Part shown: in pieces, positions 21,064 through 32,496 of the stretch
Position numbering within the stretch: position 1 is the stretch's first letter
Layout of the letters: the number at the start of each line of letters is the position of its first letter
NCBI GenBank assembly: GCA_963726745.1
Contig: CAVSDR010000003.1
Location: 128,001 to 192,000 of the forward strand
Source: an uncultured Verrucomicrobiae bacterium
GTDB lineage: Bacteria > Verrucomicrobiota > Verrucomicrobiia > Chthoniobacterales > UBA10450
DNA: 64,000 nt
Direction: 5' to 3'
Translations under genes and position numbers: made by a program
The notes under the pieces: model-generated
Database searches by the model: none
What the model was told of the DNA's origin: nothing
What the model saw: the letters and a program-made list of their open reading frames with translations, nothing else

Positions 21064-23484
21064 ATGAACACCGATCTCCGCTTCGCCTTCCGGCAACTGC
21101 TCAAGTCGCCGGGCTTTACTTTCCTCGCGGTGGCCACGCTCGCCCTCGGCATCGGGCTGAACGCCGCCATCTTCAGCTTGATCAACGATCTCTTCCTGCG
21201 CGACCTCCCCTTCAAAGATCCAGGGCGCGTGGTTCATCTTTTCACGAAACCAAAGGGCGGCGACACCTTTGACTGGCCCTTCTCGGCGCCGCGTTTCTTC
21301 CACTACCGCGACAGCCAGCAGCTTTTCGATGGCTTTGCCGCGGAGACGAACACCGCGTATACCCTCACCGGCCTGGGCACGCCGGTGTTACTTCAGGGGT
21401 TTCGCACGACTGCAAATTACTTCGAGGTTCTCGGTGTGCGCCCGATCCTCGGCCGGACCTTTCTCCCCGAGGAGGAAGAAGGCGCGGACGTCGCCCTAAT
21501 CTCGGAAAAATTCTGGCGCGCGCGCCTCGGCGGCGACCCAAATGTTCTCGGACGCAGCCTCACGCTCGATGGCACGGCGCACACCATCGTCGGCGTGCTG
21601 CCAAACATGCCCGCGCGCTGGGTTGGCCCGAATGGCAATGAAGTCTGGACGACGAAGCCATTCGTCATCCCTGGCTTCTCCTACGAACGGATGATGCGCG
21701 GGACAGCCTTCCTGCGCGTGATCGGCCGGATGAAGCCGGGCCAGACCGTTGAGCAAGTGGACGCCGGCCTGCGGCTGCTCGCACAAAGTTACCGCAGCGA
21801 ACACCCGGAAAAGTTCGACCTCGATGTCGTCACTTTCTTCAAGACTTTGCCCGACGATGTCGCCGGCGATTTGCGACCAGCCTTCGGGACTTTGCTGGCC
21901 GCGGTCGCTTTCGTTCTGCTGATTGCTTGCAGCAACGTGGCCAATCTTCTCCTCGTTCGGTTCAGTGGACGCCGGCGCGAGATCGCGCTGCGCCTGGCTT
22001 TGGGTGCTTCGCGCACGAGCGTGCTGCGCCTTTTCGTGTTCGAGAGTTTGCTCGTTAGTCTCTTCGCCGGCCTGGCCGGGGCCGTGCTCGCCTGGCAATT
22101 GGTTCCGCTGGTGCCGAAGCTGGCTTCCGATTTCCTTCCGCTCACTCCCGGCAGCGGTGGCGGCCTCTCGTGGCCGGTGCTTGTGTTTGCTGTGCTCCTC
22201 TCGATCGCGACCGGTCTGGCGATGGGCCTTTATCCCGCCTGGCAAAGTTCACGCACCGATTTAGTCGACGGCTTGAAAGAAGGCGGGCGCGGCTCGAGCG
22301 GGAGCGTGAAACAACAACGCTTCCGCCGGATCCTGGTCGGCACGCAGGTCGCACTCTCCGTCACCCTGCTCGCCGGCGCGGCCTTGCTCATCACCAGTTT
22401 CCTCCGGCTGAGCCAGCAGGATCTCGGCTTCCGCACGCAAAACCTCTGGGTCGGCTTCCTCACTTTGCCCGCGGCGGCCTATCCCGATGGGCCCACGCGC
22501 GCGCGTTTCGCGGATCAATTCGAGCGCGCCTTGCGCGAGGTCCCGGGCTTTGCCGCCGCCAGCGTGAGCGGCAATGTCCCTTTCGTGGGCGGCAATCGCA
22601 CGCTTTACACCAAGCCCGAAAACGCCGGCACGCCGATCGCCGAGCGCGCCTCCGCGCCCGCGCATGACATCACTCCTGGCTACCTGAAAATCTGGGGTGT
22701 GCCGTTGCTCGCCGGCCGCGATTTCGACGAGCGGGACCTCGCCGACCGCCCGCAAGTCATGCTCATTAGCCAGGCCGGTGCGCGCAAAGTCTTCGGCAAC
22801 GAAAGCCCGCTCGGCAAAACCCTGCTCGTGACCAGCAGCGGCGTGCCCGCGGAGATCGTCGGCATCGTCGGCGATATCCGCTCCGAACGCCCGGCCCAGC
22901 AGAACGACATGGAATTTTACCGTCCGCTCGCGCAGGAAAACTTCCCGTTCTTCACGCTCACGGTAAGCAGCACCTTCCCGGCAAACGAGATCACGCGCCT
23001 GGCGGAGAAAGCGCTCGGGAGCATCGATTCCACCCTGGCCATCGCCCAGCCGCAAATGATGAACGCGGTTGTCGCGCAAGCGATGGGCGAGGCTCGCCTA
23101 ACGACCATTCTGCTCGGTGTGTTCGCGGCCGTTGCGCTGCTCCTCGCCACCGTCGGCATCTATGGCGCCGTAGCCTACAGCGTGGAGCAACGCACTGGCG
23201 AAATCGGCGTGCGCATGGCCCTGGGCGCGCAAACGCGCGACGTCCTGCGCCTCGTGGTCGGCCAGGGAATGAAGCCGGTGCTGCTCGGTCTTGTCGCCGG
23301 CCTCGCGGCCGCGCTCGCGCTTGGCCGCTTGATCGCGGCGCAGCTTTACCAGGTCTCGGCGCAGGACCCCATCCTGCTCAGCGGCACCGTGCTTCTCCTC
23401 GCGCTGGCCGCGCTGCTGGCCTGCCTTTTTCCCGCGCGCCGCGCCACTTTGGTGAACCCCGTGGAAGCGCTCCGCGCGGAGTAA
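21064..23484 (+). CDS. ADOP / MacB-FtsX-type duplicated ABC permease
   Basis: DLRFAFRQLLKSPGF, LLIACSNVANL, REIALRLALGA, EIGVRMALGA, PARRA..P.EALR. Confidence 0.9.
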   Translation: MNTDLRFAFRQLLKSPGFTFLAVATLALGIGLNAAIFSLINDLFLRDLPFKDPGRVVHLFTKPKGGDTFDWPFSAPRFFHYRDSQQLFDGFAAETNTAYTLTGLGTPVLLQGFRTTANYFEVLGVRPILGRTFLPEEEEGADVALISEKFWRARLGGDPNVLGRSLTLDGTAHTIVGVLPNMPARWVGPNGNEVWTTKPFVIPGFSYERMMRGTAFLRVIGRMKPGQTVEQVDAGLRLLAQSYRSEHPEKFDLDVVTFFKTLPDDVAGDLRPAFGTLLAAVAFVLLIACSNVANLLLVRFSGRRREIALRLALGASRTSVLRLFVFESLLVSLFAGLAGAVLAWQLVPLVPKLASDFLPLTPGSGGGLSWPVLVFAVLLSIATGLAMGLYPAWQSSRTDLVDGLKEGGRGSSGSVKQQRFRRILVGTQVALSVTLLAGAALLITSFLRLSQQDLGFRTQNLWVGFLTLPAAAYPDGPTRARFADQFERALREVPGFAAASVSGNVPFVGGNRTLYTKPENAGTPIAERASAPAHDITPGYLKIWGVPLLAGRDFDERDLADRPQVMLISQAGARKVFGNESPLGKTLLVTSSGVPAEIVGIVGDIRSERPAQQNDMEFYRPLAQENFPFFTLTVSSTFPANEITRLAEKALGSIDSTLAIAQPQMMNAVVAQAMGEARLTTILLGVFAAVALLLATVGIYGAVAYSVEQRTGEIGVRMALGAQTRDVLRLVVGQGMKPVLLGLVAGLAAALALGRLIAAQLYQVSAQDPILLSGTVLLLALAALLACLFPARRATLVNPVEALRAE

Positions 23485-23489
23485 CAACT

Positions 23490-24389
23490 TTAGACGACGA
23501 CTTCACCCTCGCTCGCCGTGCGCTGGGAATAGAGCGCGCTCAGGCGTTGCGTCAGCGGGCCGATTTCGCCTCCGCCGATCGGCTTTCGGTCCAGCGCGGT
23601 CACGCCCGCGAGCTCGCCCATGGTCCCGGTGCAGAACATCTCGTCGGCCGTGTAGAGATCGTTCACCGTCAGGTTCGTCTCGGCGCAGGGAATCTTCTCC
23701 GCGGCGCAAATCTCGAGCACAGTCGCGCGGGTGATCCCTTCCGGACAGGCGACGACATGGCTGGTCAAGACCGTCCCGTTGCGCACCACGAAGACGTGGG
23801 TCGCGTTCGTTTCCGCCACGAAATCGCGGGTGTCGAGCATGAGGGCGTCGTCTGCCCCGGCGGCGGTGGCCTCGATCTTTGCGAGGATGGAGTTGAGCAG
23901 GTTCGCGTGATGAATCCGCGGATCGAGAATTTCCTTCGGCGGCCGACGGAAGCTGCTGGTGACTAACGAGAGGCCGGTTTTCGCGTAGACCGGCGCTTTC
24001 CATTCCGCGAGGACGATCAGGGTCGGCCCGCTTTGGTTCAGCCGCGGGTCCATCCCGGACGTGACTTTAACCCCGCGTGTGAGCGTGAGCCGCAGGTGCA
24101 CCCCATCGCGCATTTGGTTGGCGGCGAGCGTGCGCCGGATTTCCTCGGTGATCGCCTCGTCGCTCGGAATCTCGGCAAAGCTGAGCGCGGTCGCGGAGCG
24201 GCGCAGGCGAGCGAGGTGTTCGCGCAGCTTGAAGATGCGCCCATCGTAAAGCCGCAGGCCTTCCCAGACGGCGTCGCCGCCCTGGACCGCGGAGTCAAAC
24301 GGGCTCACGCCGGCCTGGTCGCGGTGCTTCAGCGTGCCGTTGATGTTGACCTGGAGGTCGCGATTGCGCTCGTCGAATTTTTGCAGCAT
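23490..24389 (-). CDS. Class IV PLP aminotransferase (IlvE/PabC-like)
   Basis: GDAVWEGLR, LTLTRG, GADDALML, ETNATHVF, EGITRATV, ADEMFCTGT; start taken at MLQKF. Confidence 0.9.
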   Translation of the reverse strand: MLQKFDERNRDLQVNINGTLKHRDQAGVSPFDSAVQGGDAVWEGLRLYDGRIFKLREHLARLRRSATALSFAEIPSDEAITEEIRRTLAANQMRDGVHLRLTLTRGVKVTSGMDPRLNQSGPTLIVLAEWKAPVYAKTGLSLVTSSFRRPPKEILDPRIHHANLLNSILAKIEATAAGADDALMLDTRDFVAETNATHVFVVRNGTVLTSHVVACPEGITRATVLEICAAEKIPCAETNLTVNDLYTADEMFCTGTMGELAGVTALDRKPIGGGEIGPLTQRLSALYSQRTASEGEVVV

Positions 24390-24399
24390 GCGGCAGCGC

Positions 24400-25128
24400 C
24401 TAACGAATCCGGTATTCCCGCAGCTCTTCGTAAATGGCGAGCGCGTCCAGGTAAACGTGCCGCAAACGGTCGGGCACATCCGGCGATTGCGGGCGGTAAG
24501 GCTGGAAGCCGGTCGACTGCTCCACCTCGGCATACCAATGCTTCGCCCACGGGCCATCGGTCGCGCGCGGGCCGGCCGGCCAGGAAAGCATCGCGTCGTC
24601 AAACTCCACGCCAATGGCTTCGCACAGGAGCCCAAGGGTGCGCGCAGGATTTTTCAAGATCGTGCGTGCATCGACCACCGGCGGGATTTTGCCGGTCGCC
24701 TGGCGGACGAACTCGAAGAGCTCCCGCTGTTGTACGAAGCCGAGATCGTCCAGCGTCGGGTCGTGATTCTTCTTCACGTAGGAGCAGATGACCTCCGCGG
24801 GATCGCGCAGGAGAAAGCAATTCGTCACCTGCGCGAGCCAGCCGCGATCGACCTCCGGGAGGAGGTGATGCGTCATCTGCTTCTGGTAAAAGATCGGCTT
24901 TCCGCCGGTCGGCCCGGCGCTCAAGTGGTCGGCTATTTTCTCCGGATCGGTCTCGCTCTGCGCGATCACTTCCGCCGCGCCGGGATGCGGCGCCCCGGTG
25001 CGCGCGAGATAGAAGCCGTAGAACGGCTCATCGATCACGAGCGTGTCCGGCCGGTTTTCCCACGCGCGCAGCATCGCGGTGGAGATATTCCGCGGCCCGG
25101 ACCACATGGCGATGCGCACGACATTCAT
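24400..25128 (-). CDS. Sulfotransferase-like P-loop protein (Sulfotransfer_5-like)
   Basis: IAMWSGPRNISTAM, DEPFY, YQKQMTHH, LLRDP, WAKHWY. Confidence 0.85.
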   Translation of the reverse strand: MNVVRIAMWSGPRNISTAMLRAWENRPDTLVIDEPFYGFYLARTGAPHPGAAEVIAQSETDPEKIADHLSAGPTGGKPIFYQKQMTHHLLPEVDRGWLAQVTNCFLLRDPAEVICSYVKKNHDPTLDDLGFVQQRELFEFVRQATGKIPPVVDARTILKNPARTLGLLCEAIGVEFDDAMLSWPAGPRATDGPWAKHWYAEVEQSTGFQPYRPQSPDVPDRLRHVYLDALAIYEELREYRIR

Positions 25129-25301
25129 GGCGCAGGATGCTAAGCCGGAGTCGGCGCCAATTCCCAGCAGAACCAGCGGACGCGCAGCGGAATACGGCCG
25201 CCGAAAGATTTCCCGGTGGACGCGATTTCACTTCTCGCGGCCTCCCGGCTTCGGCTTATTGCAGTGCGCCCGCGCAACCTTTACGCTCCCGCCTTCACGC
25301 T

Positions 25302-27005
25302 TTGCATCCGAACGAAGATTACGTCCTGAGAATTCTGGAAGACGTCGGCCTGGCGACCGCGACGCAAATTGAAAAGGCGCGCGCCCGGGCGGATGGCGAG
25401 AGCGGCGTGGTCGAGGTGCTGACGCGCGACGGCGTGCTCACGGAGACCGATGTCTCGCGCGCGCTCGCGGCCCAGGCGCACATGGATTGGATCGATCTTT
25501 CCGCGAAGACCATCCCTTCGGAAATCATCGGGCGCATTCGCGCGGAAGACGCCCGCCGCTTCAAGGTCGTGCCGGTGGGCCAGGGCGAGAGCGGTTTGAT
25601 CGTGGCCGTGAGCGATCCGCTCGACATCGAGGTGATGGACAGCCTCAGCTTCATCCTGCAAAGCGAGGTCGAGCTGGTCTGCAGCAGCCCGGAGAAAATT
25701 CGCGAGGCGCTGGTTAAATATTACGGCACCGCCGATGAGGCGTCCGATCTCCTCCAGCAAGGTCTCGGCAGCGAAGTCGATCTCGGCCTCAACATTGGCG
25801 AAGGCGATCCGGGCGACTCAGGCGAAACCGGCGACGCGCCGATTATCCGCCTCGTCTCGATGCTCCTGGTCGAGGCCCATCGCCTGGGCGCGAGCGATAT
25901 TCACCTCGAGCCGCTCGAGAAACAATTCCGCGTCCGCTTCCGCATCGATGGCGTCCTCCAGGAGATGCAGGCGCCGCCGAAGCGGCTGCAATCCGCCATC
26001 GTCAGCCGGCTCAAGATCATGACCGGCTCGATGAGCATCGCGGAGAAGCGCCTCCCGCAGGACGGACGCATCCAGGTGAAGATCGCGAAGAAAGCAGTCG
26101 ACCTGCGCGTTTCCACCATCCCGACGAATCACGGCGAAAGCGTGGTCATGAGGTTGCTGGATAAATCGAGCCTGATGCTCGGCCTGCCCGAGCTCGGCTT
26201 CATGAGCGACGACCAGGAAACCTTCGAGCGGCTCCTGCGTTTGCCCGACGGCATTCTCCTGGTCACCGGCCCGACCGGTTCCGGGAAAACGAGCACGCTC
26301 TACGCGTGTCTCAATTACATGAACAAGCCCGACCGGAAGATCATCACGGTCGAGGAGCCGGTGGAATACCAGATGAACGGGATCAACCAGGTGCAGGTGA
26401 ATGCCGACATCGGCATGACCTTCCCGGCGGCGCTCCGTTCCATCCTGCGCCAGGCGCCGAACATCATCATGATCGGTGAGATTCGCGATCACGAGACGGC
26501 CTCGATCGCGACCAACGCCAGCCTCACGGGTCACTTGGTTTTCTCGACCCTGCACACGAACGACGCGCCTTCGGCGATCGCGCGTCTGGTCGATATCGGC
26601 ATGCAGCCGTTCCTCGTCGCCTCGTCGGTGCGCGCGATCATGGCCCAGCGGCTCGTCCGGCGCCTTTGCCCGCAATGCAAGCAGCCGGGGGAATTGAGCG
26701 AGGCCGAGATGCGCGCCCTGCGGGTGGAGCCGTCGCAGCTCACCGAGGCGCAGATCATGAAGCCGGTCGGCTGCGAACGTTGCCGCGGAAAAGGTTACAA
26801 GGGCCGCATGGGCATCTTTGAGATGTTCGTGATCGACGACGACGTGCGCCACATGATCAACAACAAGAAGTCGACCCTGCTCCTGCGCCAGCGCGCCCGC
26901 GAGCTCGGGATGCGCACCCTGCGCGAGGATGGCGTGCGCAAAGTCTTAGCCGGCATGACCTCGGCCGAGGAAGTGATCTCGATCACCCTGGGAGACGCGA
27001 ACTGA
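25302..27005 (+). CDS. Type IV pilus / T2SS assembly ATPase (PilB/GspE), copy 1
   Basis: ASDIHLEP, RLPQDGR, Walker A GPTGSGKT, LRQAPNIIMIGEIRD, STLHTND, tetracysteine motif; start estimated at a TTG. Confidence 0.92.
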   Translation: MHPNEDYVLRILEDVGLATATQIEKARARADGESGVVEVLTRDGVLTETDVSRALAAQAHMDWIDLSAKTIPSEIIGRIRAEDARRFKVVPVGQGESGLIVAVSDPLDIEVMDSLSFILQSEVELVCSSPEKIREALVKYYGTADEASDLLQQGLGSEVDLGLNIGEGDPGDSGETGDAPIIRLVSMLLVEAHRLGASDIHLEPLEKQFRVRFRIDGVLQEMQAPPKRLQSAIVSRLKIMTGSMSIAEKRLPQDGRIQVKIAKKAVDLRVSTIPTNHGESVVMRLLDKSSLMLGLPELGFMSDDQETFERLLRLPDGILLVTGPTGSGKTSTLYACLNYMNKPDRKIITVEEPVEYQMNGINQVQVNADIGMTFPAALRSILRQAPNIIMIGEIRDHETASIATNASLTGHLVFSTLHTNDAPSAIARLVDIGMQPFLVASSVRAIMAQRLVRRLCPQCKQPGELSEAEMRALRVEPSQLTEAQIMKPVGCERCRGKGYKGRMGIFEMFVIDDDVRHMINNKKSTLLLRQRARELGMRTLREDGVRKVLAGMTSAEEVISITLGDAN

Positions 27006-28690
27006 TGAACAACTCCCAGGTCGCCGAACTTTTCGTGGAGCAGCAGCTCTTCCAGCCGGGGCAATTAGACGACGTCCTGGAGGAGGCCAACCTCAACGGC
27101 AAGACGCTCGCGCAAACCATGATCGACAATGGCCTGCTCGACGAGCAGGGCTTTTACCAGACGATCGCGGACTCGTTAGGCACCGAGTTCGTCCCGCTGG
27201 ACGGTTACGAGATTCCGGCGGAAACGCTCCGGCTCATCCCGAGCGGTCTGGCGCGGCTGCATCGCGCGCTCCCGCTGGCGGCGAACGAGCACGGCATCAC
27301 CGTTGCGTTGGTCGATCCGCTCGACCCGCGCGCCTCCGAAGACCTGCGCTTCGCCCTTGGGAAAGACATCCATGTGGTCGTCTCCCCCACGGACGAAGTC
27401 GAGGAGCGGATCAAGAAGCACTACGGCAGCGACACCTCCAGCATGGAGGACATCCTCAAGCAGCTCGGCGACACCGGCGACCTGCTCGAGCTCGCGGGCG
27501 ACGAGGCCGCGATCAACGTCGAGGCGGAGGCGAACGCCACCCCGATCATTCGCTTCGTCGACTTGATCCTGTTCCAGGCGATCCAGGACCGCGCGAGCGA
27601 CATCCACTTCGAGCCCTTCGAGCACGAGTTCAAAATTCGCTATCGCGTCGACGGCGCGCTCTACGAAATGGCGCCGCCGCCGCGGCATCTCGCGCTCCCG
27701 GTGATTTCGCGCGTGAAAGTGATGGCTAATTTAAACATCGCGGAGCGCCGCCTGCCGCAGGATGGCCGCATCCAGCGGAACATCGCTGGCCGCACGGTCG
27801 ACATGCGTGTTTCGACTTTGCCGACGCAATTTGGCGAGAGCGTGGTGCTCCGCGTGCTCGATCGCTCGACCGTCAACCTCGACCTCGAGACCCTCGGGAT
27901 GCCGCAGGATATTTTTGATTACGTCGTCGACGTGATCAATCGCCCGAACGGCATCTTCATCGTCACCGGCCCGACCGGTTCCGGAAAAACGACCACGCTC
28001 TATAGCTGCCTGCGCAAGATCAACACCATCGACGCCAAGCTCCTGACCGCGGAGGACCCGGTGGAATACGACCTCGACGGCATCGTCCAGGTGCCGGTGA
28101 ACGAAGCGATCGGCCTCAGTTTTGCGCGCATCCTCCGCGCCTTCCTCCGCCAGGATCCAGACCGCATCATGGTGGGAGAAACGCGCGACCTCGAGACCGC
28201 GCAGATCGCCATCCAGGCCTCGCTCACGGGCCACCTCGTCTTCACCACCCTGCACACGAACGACGCCCCCGGCGCGGTCACGCGCTTGATCGACATGAAC
28301 GTGGAGCCGTTCCTCATCTCCTCGACGCTCGAGGCCGTCCTCGGCCAGCGCTTGCTCCGGAGCATTTGTCCCAGTTGCAAGACGACCTACATGCCTAACG
28401 AGGCCTTGCTCGACCAGCTCGGGATTTCCCGGCGCGATCTCGGCGAGAAGGAATTCTTCTACGGAAAAGGCTGCGAAGCCTGCAACCAGACCGGCTACAA
28501 GGGCCGCAAAGGCATTTACGAGCTGATGAAAATAACCGACCCGATCCGCGAACTGATCAACGAGCGCGCGCCCGCGGTCGTCTTGAAGCAAAAAGCCGTC
28601 GAGCTCGGGATGGTGACGCTGCGGCAGGATGGCATTCGAAGCATTTTCGAAGGCGCGACCACGGTCGAGGAAGTGCTCAAATACACCTGA
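27005..28690 (+). CDS. Type IV pilus / T2SS assembly ATPase (PilB/GspE), copy 2
   Basis: ASDIHFEP, RLPQDGR, GPTGSGKTTTLY, LRQDPDRIMVGETRD, GYKGR. Confidence 0.93.
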   Translation: MNNSQVAELFVEQQLFQPGQLDDVLEEANLNGKTLAQTMIDNGLLDEQGFYQTIADSLGTEFVPLDGYEIPAETLRLIPSGLARLHRALPLAANEHGITVALVDPLDPRASEDLRFALGKDIHVVVSPTDEVEERIKKHYGSDTSSMEDILKQLGDTGDLLELAGDEAAINVEAEANATPIIRFVDLILFQAIQDRASDIHFEPFEHEFKIRYRVDGALYEMAPPPRHLALPVISRVKVMANLNIAERRLPQDGRIQRNIAGRTVDMRVSTLPTQFGESVVLRVLDRSTVNLDLETLGMPQDIFDYVVDVINRPNGIFIVTGPTGSGKTTTLYSCLRKINTIDAKLLTAEDPVEYDLDGIVQVPVNEAIGLSFARILRAFLRQDPDRIMVGETRDLETAQIAIQASLTGHLVFTTLHTNDAPGAVTRLIDMNVEPFLISSTLEAVLGQRLLRSICPSCKTTYMPNEALLDQLGISRRDLGEKEFFYGKGCEACNQTGYKGRKGIYELMKITDPIRELINERAPAVVLKQKAVELGMVTLRQDGIRSIFEGATTVEEVLKYT

Positions 28691-28753
28691 TCTCGCTGGC
28701 TAAAATTTGAAACTTCCCATTCGCCCGCTGTCGGGTAATCAATAGCCCCGGCC

Positions 28754-30054
28754 ATGCCCCGTTACACTTACGTAGCCCTCGACGCGCGCGGTCAGGAATC
28801 CACCGGCCTGGTCGAGGCCACCTCGACCAACGAAGCGATTGGCCAGCTCCGGCAGGCCGGCTATTTCCCGACAAATGTCTTCGAGGAAGGCACCGGCGGA
28901 CGTGAGGCCAAGGCGGTCACGAAGAAAGCCAAGAAGGCCCAGCCGCTCAAGTCTGCGGGCAGCCCGGCGACCGGCGCGAAAAAAGGGATCGTGCTCTTCG
29001 AGCGCAAGACGGTGAAGACCAAGATCCTGATGATCTTCACCCGGCAACTTGCAACCTTGATCGATTCCGGCCTCCCGCTCCTGCGCGCGCTCACCGTGCT
29101 CGCGAAACAAGAGCGCGACAAAGTTTTGCAGGCGACCATCGGCAAGCTCTCCGATGCGGTCCAGGGAGGCAGCACTTTCTCGGAAGGCCTCGCGCAGCAC
29201 CCGAAAATCTTCAACGATCTCTACGTAAACATGGTCCGCGCCGGCGAAGTCGGCGGCGTGCTCGAGCTTGTGCTCACGCGGCTCGCGGAGTTCCAGGAAA
29301 AGGCGCAGAAAATCAAGAACAAGGTCGTGGCCGCGATGGTCTACCCGGTCATCGTCATGTTCCTCGCGATCGGCATCCTCGCCTTCCTGCTCGTCTTCAT
29401 TGTCCCGAAATTTGAGATGATCTTTAAGGACATGCTCGGCGACAAACCGCTGCCTGGGATCACGCTGTTTGTCATCGGCTTAAGCAACGCCATCCAAAGC
29501 CATTACCTGATCATTCTCGGGCTCATCGGCGTGATCGTCGTCGGGATGAAACTCCTCGGCCGGACGCCGAAGGGAAAGCTCCTGCTCGATCGCACCAAGC
29601 TGCGCGCGCCGCTCTTCGGCGACCTCATGCGCAAGACCGCGATCTCGCGTTTCTCGCGCACCCTCGGCACGCTCGTGACCAGCGGCGTGCCGATTCTCCA
29701 GGCGCTCAACATTACCCGCGAGACTGCTGGCAATACCGTGATCGCGTCGGCTATTTCCCAGGTGCACGATAGCGTCAAGGAAGGCGAATCGATCGTGCAA
29801 CCGCTCGAAGCCAGCGGCGCCTTCCCGCCGATGGTCATCAGCATGATCGACGTCGGCGAAGAAACCGGCCAGCTCCCCGAGATGCTCCTGAAGATTGCCG
29901 AGGTCTACGACGACGAGGTCGACAACTCCGTCGCCGGCCTCACCTCGATGCTCGAGCCAATCATGATCGTCTTCCTCGCGCTCGTCGTCGGCACGATCGT
30001 CATCGCCCTCTTCATGCCGCTGATCAGCATCATCAGTGGTCTCCAGCAACAAAC

Positions 30055-30058
<4 letters not shown>
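28754..30058 (+). CDS. PilC/GspF inner-membrane platform protein
   Basis: FTRQLATLIDSGLP, GEVGGVL, AMVYP, GEETGQL, LEPIMIV. Confidence 0.93.
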
Positions 30059-30639
<581 letters not shown>

Positions 30640-30643
30640 CGCG

Positions 30644-31705
30644 TTAGCTCTTCGTATCCACCACCACGACCACGCGGCGGTTCGGCTGCTGCCGCGCAAT
30701 CTCGGCTTGCTCCGCCGCTGGATCGCCCGGGTTGATCGCGCGCGGCGGGATGAGGAATTTGCTCGCGCCAAAGCCGCGCGTCTCGATCTGCGTGGGATTG
30801 ATCTGCAACGCCTCCACCAGGTAGCGCTTCACGCTGTCTGCGCGGCGCTGGCTCAGGTCCAGGTTGTAGTCAAACGAGCCTAACGAGTCGGTGTAGCCCT
30901 CGACTCGGAAGGTTGCCTTTGGGTTGCGCTTGATCAACATCGCCAGCTTTTGTAACTGGTCGACCGCGCCGCCGCCGAGGTCGGCGCTGTTGTAGCCGAA
31001 GAGCTGGTTCTCCGGCATGCGGATGGCCGTACCCGATCCGAGCGGACCTTTCTGCGAGAGCAATTGATCGAGATCGCTGAAGCCCGGCGTCCGTCCGCGA
31101 TCCGGCCCGGCGCTGTCACCCGGGAGGCGATTGATCACGTTCGGCTTTTGAATCGTGGTGCTGCGCGCGAGTTCCGTCCCGGTGAGCGCTGGTTGCGGCC
31201 GGCCGGAAACCGCGGTGTCGTTCAGGATCGATTGCTCCCGCGTCGCCGTCGGACTTCGGTCGAGCGTTTGCGCGGTGTTCCGCTCAATCTCCTTCAGGAT
31301 CGAGCTGGCGTTGTTCGGGTCGACCCGCGGATTATCCGGCAAGACGTCGGCCACATCGTCCGGGATCGCGGTCGAGGCGTGCACTTCCTCGAGCAGTTTA
31401 TCGAACGATTTCTTCTCGTCCGGGAGCTGCACGTCGGTCTTGTCCGGCTCCGGCTTCGCCGCCTGCTGGCTCGCGTCCATGCTCGCCTTGTCCAGCGGCT
31501 GCAGGTCGACCGTCTTCACATTGAAGGTGGCCGTCTTCTGCGGCGGCACCACCATCGAAGCGATCGACTGGAACTCCGTCCGGTAAAAGTAAACGCAGAG
31601 CAACGCGTGGAGCGCGAGCGAGACCAGCAAGCCCACCAGCAGCCAGTTCCGCTGCCGGCTGCCTGACCAGACCGAGTCGTCAAATTCGTGTGTCTCGCCT
31701 GCCAT
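30644..31705 (-). CDS. OmpA/MotB-domain protein with N-terminal TM anchor
   Basis: VEGYTDSLGS..YNLDLSQRRA..V, RGFG, NRRV; TM segment LLVGLLVSLALHALL. Confidence 0.85.
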   Translation of the reverse strand: MAGETHEFDDSVWSGSRQRNWLLVGLLVSLALHALLCVYFYRTEFQSIASMVVPPQKTATFNVKTVDLQPLDKASMDASQQAAKPEPDKTDVQLPDEKKSFDKLLEEVHASTAIPDDVADVLPDNPRVDPNNASSILKEIERNTAQTLDRSPTATREQSILNDTAVSGRPQPALTGTELARSTTIQKPNVINRLPGDSAGPDRGRTPGFSDLDQLLSQKGPLGSGTAIRMPENQLFGYNSADLGGGAVDQLQKLAMLIKRNPKATFRVEGYTDSLGSFDYNLDLSQRRADSVKRYLVEALQINPTQIETRGFGASKFLIPPRAINPGDPAAEQAEIARQQPNRRVVVVVDTKS

Positions 31706-31707
31706 GG

Positions 31708-32496
31708 TTAAACCTCCGCCGTTAGACGGCCCGCGGTGCGCGTTCGTTCGATATAGGCCCGCGCCGCGCGCCGGATTTCCTCCGCCACCTCCGCCTCCGG
31801 CCGGACGAATTTCGGGGTGAACCACGGAAACATCCCGATCAAGTCATGCGTCACCAGAATCTGCCCGTCGCATTGTTCGCCCGAACCGATCCCGATCGTC
31901 GGGATCTCCAGCGCTTCGGAAATTTGCCGTGCGGTCTGCGCGGCCACGATCTCGAGCACGACTGCGAAAGCCCCCGCCGCCTGCACCGCGCGCGCATCCT
32001 GCAGGAGCGCCGCCGCCTCGATCTCGGTGCGGCCTTTCAATTTGTAGCCGCCTTCCTCGCGCACGCTTTGCGGCAGCATCCCGATGTGCGCCATGAAGGG
32101 AATGCCCGCGCGCACGATTGCCTCGATCTGCGGGACGTGATTCGTCCCGCCCTCGAGCTTTACTCCCTGCGCACCCGCGGCCACCAAGGCTCGCGCCGTC
32201 GCCACCGCCTGCTCCGGCGTGTCATAGGTGTGGATCGGCAGGTCGGCCACGAGGAAGGCGCGCTTCACCGCCCGCGCGGCGGCGCGCGTGTGATGGAGCA
32301 TTTCCGCGAGGGTCACCTCGGTCGTGTCCTCGTAGCCGAGCACGACCATGCCTAACGAGTCGCCGACCAGGATGAGGTCGATCCCCGCTTCGTCGAGCAG
32401 CCGCGCGGTCGGGTAATCGTAGGCCGTCAGGGCCGTGATTCGCTCGCCGCGCAGCTTCTTCTGGCGAAAATCTTCCATCGCCCGGAAGGCTACCAC
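31708..32496 (-). CDS. panB: 3-methyl-2-oxobutanoate hydroxymethyltransferase
   Basis: LTAYDY, LVGDSLGMV, VKLEGG, HIGMLPQ, TIGIGSG..CDGQILV. Confidence 0.96.
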   Translation of the reverse strand: MVAFRAMEDFRQKKLRGERITALTAYDYPTARLLDEAGIDLILVGDSLGMVVLGYEDTTEVTLAEMLHHTRAAARAVKRAFLVADLPIHTYDTPEQAVATARALVAAGAQGVKLEGGTNHVPQIEAIVRAGIPFMAHIGMLPQSVREEGGYKLKGRTEIEAAALLQDARAVQAAGAFAVVLEIVAAQTARQISEALEIPTIGIGSGEQCDGQILVTHDLIGMFPWFTPKFVRPEAEVAEEIRRAARAYIERTRTAGRLTAEV

